A stretch of 37,006 bases of DNA from a virus (lineage: Duplodnaviria; Caudoviricetes), in the IMG/VR virus record IMGVR_UViG_3300030372_002858, positions 1 through 37,006 of that record, one strand, 5' to 3'. The position numbers and the translations under genes are program-made. The notes under the pieces are model-generated. The model had not been told where the DNA came from. It ran no database searches and saw only the letters and a program-made list of their open reading frames with translations. Shown in pieces: positions 8,642 through 17,733 of the stretch (position 1 is its first letter; each line of letters starts with the position of its first letter).

Positions 8642-8881
8642 ATGCCCCGAAAGAAAAAGACCTACCACGACATTGACCCCGAGCAAGCGATCCAAGCGTT
8701 AAGCTTCTTGAAGGATGAACCGAATTTCAAGAAATACATCGAGATGCGCGAAACCATGCGCGAAGAAGTCATCCGTCGATTGCAAGTCAAGGAAGTGATC
8801 GAGTCCACAAATCGACACTACATGCTTTGCGGAAAACTCGAAGCGATAGACGAGGAACTCGATATGTTCTACAAGCTCTAA
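8642..8881 (+). CDS. Hypothetical protein between portal and scaffold
   Basis: GGAG RBS; 79-aa helical protein in a common podovirus position. Confidence 0.8.
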   Translation: MPRKKKTYHDIDPEQAIQALSFLKDEPNFKKYIEMRETMREEVIRRLQVKEVIESTNRHYMLCGKLEAIDEELDMFYKL

Positions 8882-8906
8882 GCCTTTTCAGACATGGGGT
8901 AATGTC

Positions 8907-8948
8907 ACCCCCCTGAGCGTAAGCCACACTGCGCCAGGGGGGTTTTTT
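8907..8948 (+). terminator. Rho-independent terminator
   Basis: ACCCCCCTG.../...CAGGGGGGT stem followed by T6. Confidence 0.7.
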
Positions 8949-8949
8949 G

Positions 8950-8978
8950 TTGTCGTGTAAGGTGAATTGCCTTACAAT
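8950..8978 (+). promoter_or_regulatory. Sigma70-type late promoter for scaffold/capsid, with an embedded dyad operator
   Basis: TTGTCG-17nt-TACAAT; GTAAGG-N7-CCTTAC at 8957-8975; followed by TGCTACACT as at the portal promoter. Confidence 0.72.
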
Positions 8979-9011
8979 TTGCTACACTACGCTACAGATG
9001 GGCGTTGAATT

Positions 9012-10109
9012 ATGGAAGAAGCAATTCAAGAGGTTGACTCGGTATCCTCCCAAAATACCGCGAATGATGAAACGCAAAGCGAGGATGAGAATCTGACGAT
9101 GGCAGAGTACGCGAGCAATTTGCTCAAGGCTCAGACAAAGGAAGAAGAATCATCCGAGCAAACCGAGGAGGAATCGGAATCCGCTGAACAAGCTGCGGAG
9201 GAGGAGGATGCCGAGGAAGTACAGTCTGCCGAAGTACCGGACGAATCGGATCAAACTGAGCCGCCCGCAGAACCTTCGGATGTTCTTTCACAGTACGGAA
9301 TTGATTTGGACGCATTGTCCGAGGATGAGTCTAGGGATCTCGCTAAGGCGCTCAACGCCTCTGCGGTCAAAAGATTCGGTAGGCTCACCGCTCAGAAAAA
9401 AGCTTTGCTTGCTGAGAACCAAGAGCTACAGGCGCAAGCCCAAGCCAAGGAACAAACTGCAAGCGCCGAGCAACCTGAGTTTCTAAAGGACAATGCCCTG
9501 AGCAACGTTACCGACCTCAACGGGTTGACCAAGGAAGTCGAGAACCTCACCACGCTTATTGAATGGACTGAGGAGGGACTTGAGAACGAAGTCGATTACG
9601 ATGACGAAGGTAATGAGTTTGTCGCGAAGGACGGGGACAAGACTTATACGAAAGCCGATCTGCGAAGAATCCGGGCAAACGCCCGCAAGATACTTCGTAA
9701 AGACGCTCCCGCGAGACAGAAATGGATCACGGAACGTACGGAGTCCGACCAACACGCGATCAAGACTTTTCCTTTTCTCAGCGATGGGGAGAGCGAAGAG
9801 TATCAATTGTTCATGCAGACCAAGGAAAACCCGCTTTACAAGCCCTTGCTCGAACATCTGCCTAACGGGAACTTTGCCCTTGGCTTGATGATCGAAGGAA
9901 TGAAAGCGATCCAAGGCCGCCAGGTCGATTCCAGCAAACCGAAACCCAAGCCAAAAGCGCCAGTTGCTTCCGTCGAAGCGGGGGCAGCCAAGCCAAGGAC
10001 GGAGAACTCGACAAGAAAGAAGGCTCTGCAAGCGGCTCGGGCTAAGTTCGATAAGTCAGGAAACATGGCAGACTATCAAAATTACATCAGACTGCGGGAT
10101 ACCGCATAA
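9012..10109 (+). CDS. Capsid scaffolding protein
   Basis: Acidic N-terminus, coiled coil (KRFGRLTAQKK), basic C-terminus; immediately upstream of the MCP. Confidence 0.82.
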   Translation: MEEAIQEVDSVSSQNTANDETQSEDENLTMAEYASNLLKAQTKEEESSEQTEEESESAEQAAEEEDAEEVQSAEVPDESDQTEPPAEPSDVLSQYGIDLDALSEDESRDLAKALNASAVKRFGRLTAQKKALLAENQELQAQAQAKEQTASAEQPEFLKDNALSNVTDLNGLTKEVENLTTLIEWTEEGLENEVDYDDEGNEFVAKDGDKTYTKADLRRIRANARKILRKDAPARQKWITERTESDQHAIKTFPFLSDGESEEYQLFMQTKENPLYKPLLEHLPNGNFALGLMIEGMKAIQGRQVDSSKPKPKPKAPVASVEAGAAKPRTENSTRKKALQAARAKFDKSGNMADYQNYIRLRDTA

Positions 10110-10136
10110 TTTAAACACTCAAGGAGGAATAGCCAA

Positions 10137-11102
10137 ATGGCTCAAGCAACTACTTACTCAACCGCAGGTAATAGGGAAGACCTGACGGATGCAATATCAA
10201 TACTCGAACCCGAAAACACACCATTCATCAGCATGATGAAGAAGGGAAAAGCAACTGGCACGTTTGTAGAAGTGCAAGTTGATAAACTTCAGACCGCAAG
10301 CTTCGATGGAGTTAATGAAGGTGAAGACGTCGGGAGTTTTACAAATCAAGCCGCTGACAGAGCGCGCATTGGAAACTATGTGCAGAAGTTCCGGCAAACT
10401 TGGAAAGTCTCCGATCTGCAAGAACTTGTGGATACCGCTGGTGTCGCAAGCGAAAGGGCAAATTCCGAAGGAAAATGCGTAAGGCAAGTCAAGAGAGATA
10501 TTGAAGCTGCATTTTGCTCTTCGCAAGATCGTCAGGCCGAAGCAGGAAGCGGTACGCCTTACAAGACTCGCGGGATGCTCAAATGGCTCGGAGTTGGGGG
10601 GCAACCTTCCGACGTCCCAAGCTTTGCGCAGAACGTCGCTAACGATACCACGGGAACGCAGACCGAAACGACCTTCAATACCGTTCTTCAGGAACTCTAC
10701 GAAGCTAACGGAATGCCCGGTGGTCAGCTTACTCTGATTGCAGGCCCATCGCTCAAGCAAGAAATCTCGAAGTTTTCGAGACAACTTGCCGCGACTAACG
10801 GAACATACGTTGTTAACCAAGACGCTGACAGCAAGAAGATAACCTTGTCAGTTAACGTTTACGAAGGTGACTTCGGATTTGTGAATATAGTGCCTTCTGT
10901 ACATGTCAATAGAACAAGCGGATCGGACACTGTTGACGGTGATGCCGGACTTCTGATCGATCCCGAGTACGTTGCAATGCACACGCTCAAGGCCGAGTCT
11001 GCCACTCAATTGGAAGACCAAGGCGGAGGATCACGCGGCTATGTTGACGTAGTCGCTGCCTTGTCCTGCCTTAGCCCAGTTGCTCACGGTTACTTCAATT
11101 AA
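10137..11102 (+). CDS. Major capsid protein (SU10/DUF5309-like)
   Basis: GNREDLTDAISILEPENTPF, NYVQKF and YEGDFG motifs; AGGAGG RBS. Confidence 0.9.
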   Translation: MAQATTYSTAGNREDLTDAISILEPENTPFISMMKKGKATGTFVEVQVDKLQTASFDGVNEGEDVGSFTNQAADRARIGNYVQKFRQTWKVSDLQELVDTAGVASERANSEGKCVRQVKRDIEAAFCSSQDRQAEAGSGTPYKTRGMLKWLGVGGQPSDVPSFAQNVANDTTGTQTETTFNTVLQELYEANGMPGGQLTLIAGPSLKQEISKFSRQLAATNGTYVVNQDADSKKITLSVNVYEGDFGFVNIVPSVHVNRTSGSDTVDGDAGLLIDPEYVAMHTLKAESATQLEDQGGGSRGYVDVVAALSCLSPVAHGYFN

Positions 11103-11129
11103 TCGCTAAACCATAAGGAGATTTAAGAC

Positions 11130-11600
11130 ATGGCAAATACAGACGTAACATTAGGAAACGCCCGCAAGGACGTTCTCTCAAATCAAGAACGCGCTCAGGG
11201 TTATACCCACAAGTGGAAAATCCTTTACACGGACATTGATGAAGGCTCAGGGTCTTCCGATACCGTGACCGTTGCTCTTGGTAACACACCAACCGACTTC
11301 ATCATCTCGAAGGCTATGATTAACGTCACTACCGCAATGACTGGTACTGGCGCTTTAGCCGCTGAGTTGGGAACGGACGGAGACCCGAATAACTTTATCG
11401 AGTCCACTTCCGTAACCGCAGTCGGGCCTATCATTGCAGCAGCAGGTGCAGCACCAAAGACCCTTGCTGGGACTTTTGCCGCAGCAGCTGATGCTTTGCA
11501 AATCAAGTTCACAAACTCCTCTTCCGGTTCGCCATCCGCGCTGACCGCAGGGGAACTCGACATTTACTTGGCGATGCATTCCGCCAACGACGTCGGGTAA
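11130..11600 (+). CDS. Probable capsid decoration/minor structural protein
   Basis: Small T/A/G/S-rich beta-type protein right after the MCP; AAGGAG RBS. Confidence 0.65.
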   Translation: MANTDVTLGNARKDVLSNQERAQGYTHKWKILYTDIDEGSGSSDTVTVALGNTPTDFIISKAMINVTTAMTGTGALAAELGTDGDPNNFIESTSVTAVGPIIAAAGAAPKTLAGTFAAAADALQIKFTNSSSGSPSALTAGELDIYLAMHSANDVG

Positions 11601-11612
11601 CAAGATTTGTTG

Positions 11613-11664
11613 TTGTTCATTGGAAGGGGAAGGTTCGTATCGCGCGAGCCTTCCCCATGAACAA
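11613..11664 (+). other. Long bulged RNA hairpin after the capsid genes (processing site or attenuator)
   Basis: TTGTTCAT/ATGAACAA stem, 5-nt bulge, then GGGGAAGGTTCG/CGAGCCTTCCCC stem; no U-tract. Confidence 0.6.
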
Positions 11665-11680
11665 TCTAACCATTTAAACT

Positions 11681-12025
11681 ATGTCCGAGATTTTTATACC
11701 CAAGTGGAAAGATAACCAAAAGAACGGTTCGCAGTTCATGAAGAATCTTGAGAGGCATTTGCGCTATGAAGTAGACCTCGAAAAGTTCGAGCACAAGAAG
11801 CGCGAAATAGAATGTGGCAAGGAGAACCAACAGGGCGGAATGCTCGAAGGGGTAGGGCAATTGAAAGCGACTATCCCTGCACGCGACTATTTCAGATGGC
11901 AACAGTACAAGCCTGGTTGCTGGTCGGATAAGCAATTTGTTGACGAGTACCTTCGTGACAACCCCGCTTGTCGCACCAAGTCACCTGACAAGAAGGTCTT
12001 TCAAGGAGGCTTGGGACTGGCATGA
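11681..12025 (+). CDS. Hypothetical protein (head-completion region)
   Basis: 114-aa ORF with LKATIP and YLRDNP; ATGA overlap with the next gene. Confidence 0.75.
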   Translation: MSEIFIPKWKDNQKNGSQFMKNLERHLRYEVDLEKFEHKKREIECGKENQQGGMLEGVGQLKATIPARDYFRWQQYKPGCWSDKQFVDEYLRDNPACRTKSPDKKVFQGGLGLA

Positions 12026-12858
12026 GAGTAACCTCGGTCAGCACTATGCGGACGAGCTTGACCCAAATGATTGGGGTTGACTCGTTATTGACCGCAGAGA
12101 CTGACGCATCGACCCGTAGCTTCAATCGTTTCGGACGCTTGGCATGGGATCGCACGGCATGGCCTTTCGTCTCCCGCTTGACGCAAGTCGTGCCTGACGT
12201 TCGCGTAAGGAGCGTGGACGTAGGGAGCGGGGGGAGTTCATACAGTTCCGCGCCAACCGTGTCATTTAGCGGAGGAGGGGGAAGCTCGGCTGCGGCAACC
12301 GCAACCATCAATAGCGATGGCGAAGTAAACGGCATTGCGGTGACTAACAACGGGACGGGATTCACGGGAGTCCCGACTGTCGGTTTTAGCGGGGGTGGCG
12401 GGAGCGGAGCAACTGCAACTGCAAACTTACTCGCTTACCTGGACTTCGGAACAACGATAAGCGAAGTCTTTCGGGTCACTGACAAAGACCCGTATAGCGG
12501 AGGCACTGCAAACGACATTGCCTTCAAGAACATTTACATAACCGGAGCGAGTGAATACGGGGAAGCTATCTTGCCCAACCGCTCATCGACCAGTCCCGTA
12601 TGGGTATATTACCGCGCGCCTTTCCCGTCTTATGGCGGGAGCGCAACCGACTACCCTTGGATCTTTTCCGAGTATGCGGTACTCGGTGCATACAGCGATT
12701 GGCTAATTGCGGACGGGCAGACTGATCGCGCGCAAGTAGCGCTCCAGCAAGCCGAAGCAGTCTTGCAAGTCGAGCTGGATAAACTCGAACGTCAAGAGGG
12801 ACAATCTCAACCACTTTTAATTGAAACATACGGAACGACAATAGCCGCTCCTGCATAA
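12022..12858 (+). CDS. Head-tail adaptor-like protein with an inserted Gly/Ser/Thr repeat domain
   Basis: N-terminal helices with AWPF, C-terminal YP..F..Y...GAY; position in the module; two Y/F-xx-PTV-x-FSGGGG repeats. Confidence 0.65.
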   Translation: MRVTSVSTMRTSLTQMIGVDSLLTAETDASTRSFNRFGRLAWDRTAWPFVSRLTQVVPDVRVRSVDVGSGGSSYSSAPTVSFSGGGGSSAAATATINSDGEVNGIAVTNNGTGFTGVPTVGFSGGGGSGATATANLLAYLDFGTTISEVFRVTDKDPYSGGTANDIAFKNIYITGASEYGEAILPNRSSTSPVWVYYRAPFPSYGGSATDYPWIFSEYAVLGAYSDWLIADGQTDRAQVALQQAEAVLQVELDKLERQEGQSQPLLIETYGTTIAAPA

Positions 12859-12871
12859 CAAGGAATACATT

Positions 12872-13132
12872 ATGGGATCTACATCAGAATATCGCGGCCT
12901 CGGTCTTAATGGGGGCGAATACATCAATGACACTGCCGTCCATACGGGCAATTGGTTTGCCATCCAAGCCACTGAGGATACCGTGCTTGCCGCGCAAGCG
13001 AGCAACATTACCAACCTCGATGACATATGCACCGGGCAAGACGCAACCACCCTTGCCGCAGGAATGGTTTTGTACGGAAACTTTACAAGCATTGATCTTA
13101 CGAGTGGTGCAGTAATTGCGTACAACGTTTAA
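12872..13132 (+). CDS. Small virion structural protein
   Basis: AAGGA RBS; beta-rich, ends FTSIDLTSGAVIAY; precedes the LamG gene. Confidence 0.7.
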   Translation: MGSTSEYRGLGLNGGEYINDTAVHTGNWFAIQATEDTVLAAQASNITNLDDICTGQDATTLAAGMVLYGNFTSIDLTSGAVIAYNV

Positions 13133-13896
13133 TGTCTCATTCCACCATATCGCTTGGGCTTGGCTTGGGTGGGGGTAAAGCATCCACATCGTCGGGCAGA
13201 CTTGCGGGTAGTAGTTTTGCTAACGATTATAGCGTCCATTTCGACGGTGCAAACGACTACTTGACCGCAGATGCAGGAAGTGCTTTGCGTGCAACTTCTG
13301 CCATTAGTTTCTCGCAATGGATAAAGTTGGACACTATAGGTGGTACGCAAAAAGGGTTTAGTTTGGGCAATCCATCCAGCCTTGATGACCGTATTCAGTA
13401 TTATGTTAATTATGCAGGAACTGTAACTGCTTACATAAAACTAGGGGGGGCAGCGGTTTCAAAGAATAGTTCCACTGCGGTAATTTCCGCAGGGTCGTGG
13501 TTTCATATTGTTATCACATTGGACAACACAAACGGAATAAAAATTTACGTAAATGGAAACCATGAAGCGACTCAGTCGGTTTCCGCTGGGTACTTGTCTA
13601 GCAACTCCAATCTTACGCAAGTTAGAATGTCTGCCCGCGCTACTTCCCTATCGCAATTTGTAGATGGAAAAATTGATGAGACAAGCGTGTATGCCACAAC
13701 CCTTTCCGCGAGCGACGTGACGGACATTTACAACAGCGGAGTCCCGACTGACTTATCAGCATATTCACCTGTCCACTGGTGGCGCTTTGGTGACAATGAC
13801 GGTGGTACGGGAACAACCATTACGGATCAAGGAAGCGCAAGCGATGACGCTACGCTCTTTAACGGCCCGACCTTTTCAAGCGACGTACCGTCATGA
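13132..13896 (+). CDS. Concanavalin A/LamG-like lectin-domain protein (candidate receptor-binding protein)
   Basis: YSVHFDGANDY, WFHIVIT, KIYVNG, GKIDE, HWWRFGD; N-terminal LGLGLGG. Confidence 0.85.
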   Translation: MSHSTISLGLGLGGGKASTSSGRLAGSSFANDYSVHFDGANDYLTADAGSALRATSAISFSQWIKLDTIGGTQKGFSLGNPSSLDDRIQYYVNYAGTVTAYIKLGGAAVSKNSSTAVISAGSWFHIVITLDNTNGIKIYVNGNHEATQSVSAGYLSSNSNLTQVRMSARATSLSQFVDGKIDETSVYATTLSASDVTDIYNSGVPTDLSAYSPVHWWRFGDNDGGTGTTITDQGSASDDATLFNGPTFSSDVPS

Positions 13897-14132
13897 GCAG
13901 GAAATACGTAATAATTGACGCTGACGAAGTTAGTTCCGTTGACTTTTCGCAAGTCTTCGAGACAAGCGCTGACACGCTTAGGTACAACGTCGATCCGGCC
14001 GGAACGAAAACTTTCGTGAAATTTGAGGGCGCGACTCCCGATTTTCTAGAAGGAAAGACTCAATACACGCACTCCCAAATTCTAACAATCCTAGCCACGG
14101 AAGAATGGACTGATCCGAATCCTCCCGCATGA
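13893..14132 (+). CDS. Hypothetical protein that accompanies the LamG gene
   Basis: ATGA overlaps; TFVKFEGATPDFL..YTHSQIL. Confidence 0.8.
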   Translation: MSRKYVIIDADEVSSVDFSQVFETSADTLRYNVDPAGTKTFVKFEGATPDFLEGKTQYTHSQILTILATEEWTDPNPPA

Positions 14133-14203
14133 AGCATTCACATATAATACTTCTTGCCGACGCAATATTGTTACTAACCCTTGTCATATTAAAAAGGGGG
14201 TAG
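14129..14203 (+). CDS. 24-aa hydrophobic peptide (MKHSHIILLADAILLLTLVILKRG)
   Basis: ATGA overlap; fills the gap to 14208; one hydrophobic helix. Confidence 0.4.
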   Translation: MKHSHIILLADAILLLTLVILKRG

Positions 14204-14207
14204 CTTT

Positions 14208-14426
14208 GTGGAAACCTACATATTTCTTGGATTGTCGGTTGCGGTTAGCGTTATCGGATTCTTTCTGAAGCGGATCAAGGAGGAAGTGGATATGCAAAAA
14301 GCCAAGACCAATAAGTTGGAAATCGGAGTTGCCAGGCACTACGAAAAGATTCGCAACTTGGAAAAACTTGCCGAGGACAGACGCGATGACGTTAAGAGAA
14401 TTTACGAACTGATAGGTAAGAAATGA
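14208..14426 (+). CDS. Membrane-anchored coiled-coil protein
   Basis: N-terminal TM IFLGLSVAVSVIGFFL followed by a coiled coil. Confidence 0.75.
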   Translation: METYIFLGLSVAVSVIGFFLKRIKEEVDMQKAKTNKLEIGVARHYEKIRNLEKLAEDRRDDVKRIYELIGKK

Positions 14427-14749
14427 TCGAGGGCGGACTTTCAGAAAACACGCAGGTCAAAGCGAACCTTGCCTTCATGGCAAAGACCATCGCGTTGGTT
14501 GGCACTGCCGTTTGGGGGTACAGCGTGATATGGAATAAAATCTCGGCATTGGAAAACGAGAACATCCGTATGCACCATGAGATGGAACTGAACAGCGAGT
14601 TTCGGATCAAATGGCCTCGCGGGGAGATCGGAGCATTACCTGCCGATGCCACGCAGGATATGAACATTGCTCACTTGAAAGACCGAGTGGATAAGCTCGA
14701 TGAGCATGTCGATAAATTGCGACACGGCAACAACGGGAATGGACACTGA
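14423..14749 (+). CDS. Membrane-anchored coiled-coil protein
   Basis: TM segment TIALVGTAVWGYSVIW followed by coiled coils; ATGA overlap. Confidence 0.75.
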   Translation: MIEGGLSENTQVKANLAFMAKTIALVGTAVWGYSVIWNKISALENENIRMHHEMELNSEFRIKWPRGEIGALPADATQDMNIAHLKDRVDKLDEHVDKLRHGNNGNGH

Positions 14750-15213
14750 TGTTCGAGTTGCTTGCATTGTTTTTAACAGGGGGAGGATCTGCCGCTATGG
14801 GCAGTATACTCAAGGGTGTGTTCGGAGCGATGACGGATTCGCGCCAACAGAAGTACGAAATGGAAATGGCGAGGGAGGCGAGAAATAATGAATTTGCAAT
14901 CGAATATCAAAAGGCGCTCAACTCAGGCCCAGGCGGTGCGTTCACTCGCGCTACTCGTCGTATGCTCGCTCTTATTGGCATGTCAACGCTCGCGTTCATC
15001 ACCTGTATCACTACCGTCTACCCAAGCGTACCGCTCATCAGTACAACAAACATTACAGGAGAGGGGCGGAAAGAGTTTCTATTCGGACTCCTCAGTTTTC
15101 CAGCTGAGCAAGCCCCTCTGGTCGTTACAACGGGACATATTGCACTCTTCCAAGCAACAGTAGTTTTACCAATGATCGTGGGCTTTTACTTTACACCAGG
15201 AGGCAGGAGATAA
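14749..15213 (+). CDS. Holin-like membrane protein (about 3 hydrophobic segments)
   Basis: Hydrophobic N-terminus, RATRR preceding a TM helix, C-terminal IVGFYF..RR. Confidence 0.6.
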   Translation: MFELLALFLTGGGSAAMGSILKGVFGAMTDSRQQKYEMEMAREARNNEFAIEYQKALNSGPGGAFTRATRRMLALIGMSTLAFITCITTVYPSVPLISTTNITGEGRKEFLFGLLSFPAEQAPLVVTTGHIALFQATVVLPMIVGFYFTPGGRR

Positions 15214-15362
15214 TGATCGACAAGGATGCAATGTGGGGGATGGGGGGAACGCTTGCAACGTTTTCGGGTTCGCTCCATGAAGTCGTTGGCGTGGTCGCAG
15301 GTACGCTCACAATCATATTCATGTCGTTCAAAATTTGGCAGGAGGTCAAGAATCGCAAATGA
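15213..15362 (+). CDS. 49-aa holin-like peptide (MIDKDAMWG...FKIWQEVKNRK)
   Basis: TAATG coupling upstream and ATGA coupling downstream; hydrophobic core with a basic tail; not in the ORF track. Confidence 0.7.
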   Translation: MIDKDAMWGMGGTLATFSGSLHEVVGVVAGTLTIIFMSFKIWQEVKNRK

Positions 15363-16987
15363 GTCGATACCGCTCATACGGCAATCTCGATGACCAAGTC
15401 CAATCGGAGGGTGATCGTGGATTTCGTGGGATTGATTCCTACAAGGAAGTCACTTCGCTCGAAGGTGGATTTGTAGAGACTTCCGAGAACATGCGATTGA
15501 TTGGTGACCTTGCGGAGACACGCAAAGGGATCGACTTCTTGGCAGGTGCGGTCACCCTGACTTACTCCGCAGGTACGGAGCAGGTCTTCGCCTCAACGCT
15601 CTACTCCGACCCGGCAACGGGCAACGAGTACGTCGTGGCTGCGACCAAGGACAAAGTAATCCTATGGAATGACGCGAATAACAGTGGTATCGATATTGAC
15701 TACCCTGGTAGCGAGGTAGTTGCGGCAGCGGATGGAGCAACCTTCGTGCAAGCCCTTGAGAAGCTCATCTTGTTTCGCGGGTCGAGCAAGACCCCACTCG
15801 AATGGGACGGGGATACCTCGAATGACTTTGTAGTCAAGGCAAACGGATCACCCGGGGCGGGAAGGATTCAATGCCCGAATACGGACTATGGCGTGTTCTT
15901 CCGTAACCGTCTGATTATTCCGCAGCCTGCGGATTCCGCATTTACCCTAATCGCCAGTGATTTGCTAGATACTGACAACTACTATGCCGCTGACTCGCAG
16001 TTTAGAATTAATAAGGGATCTGCCGATTTCCTCGTAGGTTTTTATCCGTACCAGGAAGACCAGTTAATTGTGTTCATGCGCAACAGCATACACATGGTTA
16101 ACAACATCGCGACAACCAGTGCATCGAACACGTACGAGATCACCCGCCAGCATGGATGCGTAGCACGGAAGTCAATCGCGCAGAGCGGGCCTCAAACGTT
16201 CTTTCTGAGCGACAACGGGGTCATAGTACTCTCGCCCGGGACAGACCCCGCAAAGGGGCTAGGCGTGGCGATAAGTAAAATTTCGGGGGAAACCATCCCC
16301 ATGACCCAACAGATACAGGATCAATTCGCAGACGTGAATTACAAGTATGCCGACCTCGCGTGCGGGGTAACGTTCGATAACAAGTATTATCTCGCAGTAC
16401 CTACGGGATCTTCTACGAAACCAAACAAGGTATTCGTTTACTCGTTGCTCTCGTCAACGTGGATTAGCGTAGACGATTACCCTGCAATGTCAGGAAGCTT
16501 GGCATTCCAAGTGGATGACTGGGTCATCTGCTCACACGGGAGCAACCCGACCAAGCGCAGACTGTTTGCGTGCAACCCAACTGGATGGTACTTGATGGAG
16601 GAAAACACGATTGACGATAGTGGCAGAAAGATCGGATCGACCTCGGAGTCGGGAACAACCGCAATAGCAGGCAAGCTAGTCACTCGCGCATTTACGCTTG
16701 GTAACCAAGACGTCAAGCGCTGGAGACGTGGACAGTTAGGCGTGAATACCGTGGCATCCGATGCGTTCAACATCAAGGTCAATACAATCGACCCGGATTC
16801 CTCGACCACCGTGTTGAGCCACACCGCAAGCGGGACGGAGGAAGCACTCTTACGCTTCGGTACTGGACGCACACGTGGTTATGGTTGCCAAGTTGAGATA
16901 AACGTCACAGCGGGATGCCCGAGCTTTAGACACGTTAATCTCGAAGCCATTGCAAACGGACTGAATGCAAGGAGGGAGATCGCATAG
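15359..16987 (+). CDS. Tail nozzle / DNA stabilisation protein (tail tubular B, P22 gp10-like)
   Basis: Beta-propeller-type sequence with FRNRL, HGCVARKSI, FFLSDNGV; start at ATG 15359 by ATGA coupling. Confidence 0.78.
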   Translation: MSRYRSYGNLDDQVQSEGDRGFRGIDSYKEVTSLEGGFVETSENMRLIGDLAETRKGIDFLAGAVTLTYSAGTEQVFASTLYSDPATGNEYVVAATKDKVILWNDANNSGIDIDYPGSEVVAAADGATFVQALEKLILFRGSSKTPLEWDGDTSNDFVVKANGSPGAGRIQCPNTDYGVFFRNRLIIPQPADSAFTLIASDLLDTDNYYAADSQFRINKGSADFLVGFYPYQEDQLIVFMRNSIHMVNNIATTSASNTYEITRQHGCVARKSIAQSGPQTFFLSDNGVIVLSPGTDPAKGLGVAISKISGETIPMTQQIQDQFADVNYKYADLACGVTFDNKYYLAVPTGSSTKPNKVFVYSLLSSTWISVDDYPAMSGSLAFQVDDWVICSHGSNPTKRRLFACNPTGWYLMEENTIDDSGRKIGSTSESGTTAIAGKLVTRAFTLGNQDVKRWRRGQLGVNTVASDAFNIKVNTIDPDSSTTVLSHTASGTEEALLRFGTGRTRGYGCQVEINVTAGCPSFRHVNLEAIANGLNARREIA

Positions 16988-17389
16988 ATGGCAATCACTG
17001 CATCAGTTACGCGCGGTTTTACGTACAGTACGGGAATTGAAATTTCTGCCGCCAATTTAAATGAACTGGGTGAACCAACGGTTACCGTTGCCACACCCAT
17101 CGCGGTGGGCAATGGCGGAACGAACGCAACCACTGCAAGCGCGGCTCGCACTAACCTCGGACTAGGCACGATTGCAACCCAAGCAAGCAACTCGGTATCC
17201 GTAACGGGTGGCTCAATGAGCGGTGTACTGATCACCCTTCCAAGCTATGCGGTGAGCGCATTGCCAAGCGCAGGGACTGCGGGACGGGTAGTGTTTTGTA
17301 CGGACGGAGATGGGGGAAGCAAGTGCTTGGCGGTAGATGACGGAACGAATTGGAAGCGAGTAGCACTGGGAGCAACGGTAAGCACATGA
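16988..17389 (+). CDS. Short tail fibre/needle-like protein
   Basis: GGTNATTASAARTNLGLG fibre motif; C-terminal LPSA..DGTNWKRV knob. Confidence 0.65.
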   Translation: MAITASVTRGFTYSTGIEISAANLNELGEPTVTVATPIAVGNGGTNATTASAARTNLGLGTIATQASNSVSVTGGSMSGVLITLPSYAVSALPSAGTAGRVVFCTDGDGGSKCLAVDDGTNWKRVALGATVST

Positions 17390-17730
17390 ACGTGAATATT
17401 TTAGAACGAGTCAAAGCACTATACGATGAATGTGGTACGGATATGTTTAAGGATATTTCTGCCTATTTGGCATATGGGTACATTCACAAAACCCCCAAAA
17501 GTTTTATCTTAGCCAAGACGGTAAATCTTAATAATAAAACGAAACCAAGCGAGCAGTGGGGGGAATCAAATCCAAATGCATGGTTTGTGCATATGGCAGT
17601 AGGAGAAGGGTGCATAAGTGAGTGGATAAAAATTATGCCCTTTGAATTGCCGTATGTTGGCTGGGGAAGAGAAACGAAAAAAAGAGGAATTAAATTTTAC
17701 GAATTAAATAAAATATTACGGAGAAAATAA
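17386..17730 (+). CDS. Hypothetical protein, possibly a GNAT-like virion assembly factor
   Basis: ATGA overlap; AWFVHMAVG; sits between nozzle/needle and the ejection proteins; AT-rich. Confidence 0.6.
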   Translation: MNVNILERVKALYDECGTDMFKDISAYLAYGYIHKTPKSFILAKTVNLNNKTKPSEQWGESNPNAWFVHMAVGEGCISEWIKIMPFELPYVGWGRETKKRGIKFYELNKILRRK

Positions 17731-17733
17731 AAA

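Noticed and set aside
12022-17389. Diversity-generating retroelement or invertible tail-fibre cassette
   Set aside because: No reverse transcriptase, no TR/VR pair differing at adenines and no serine invertase were seen
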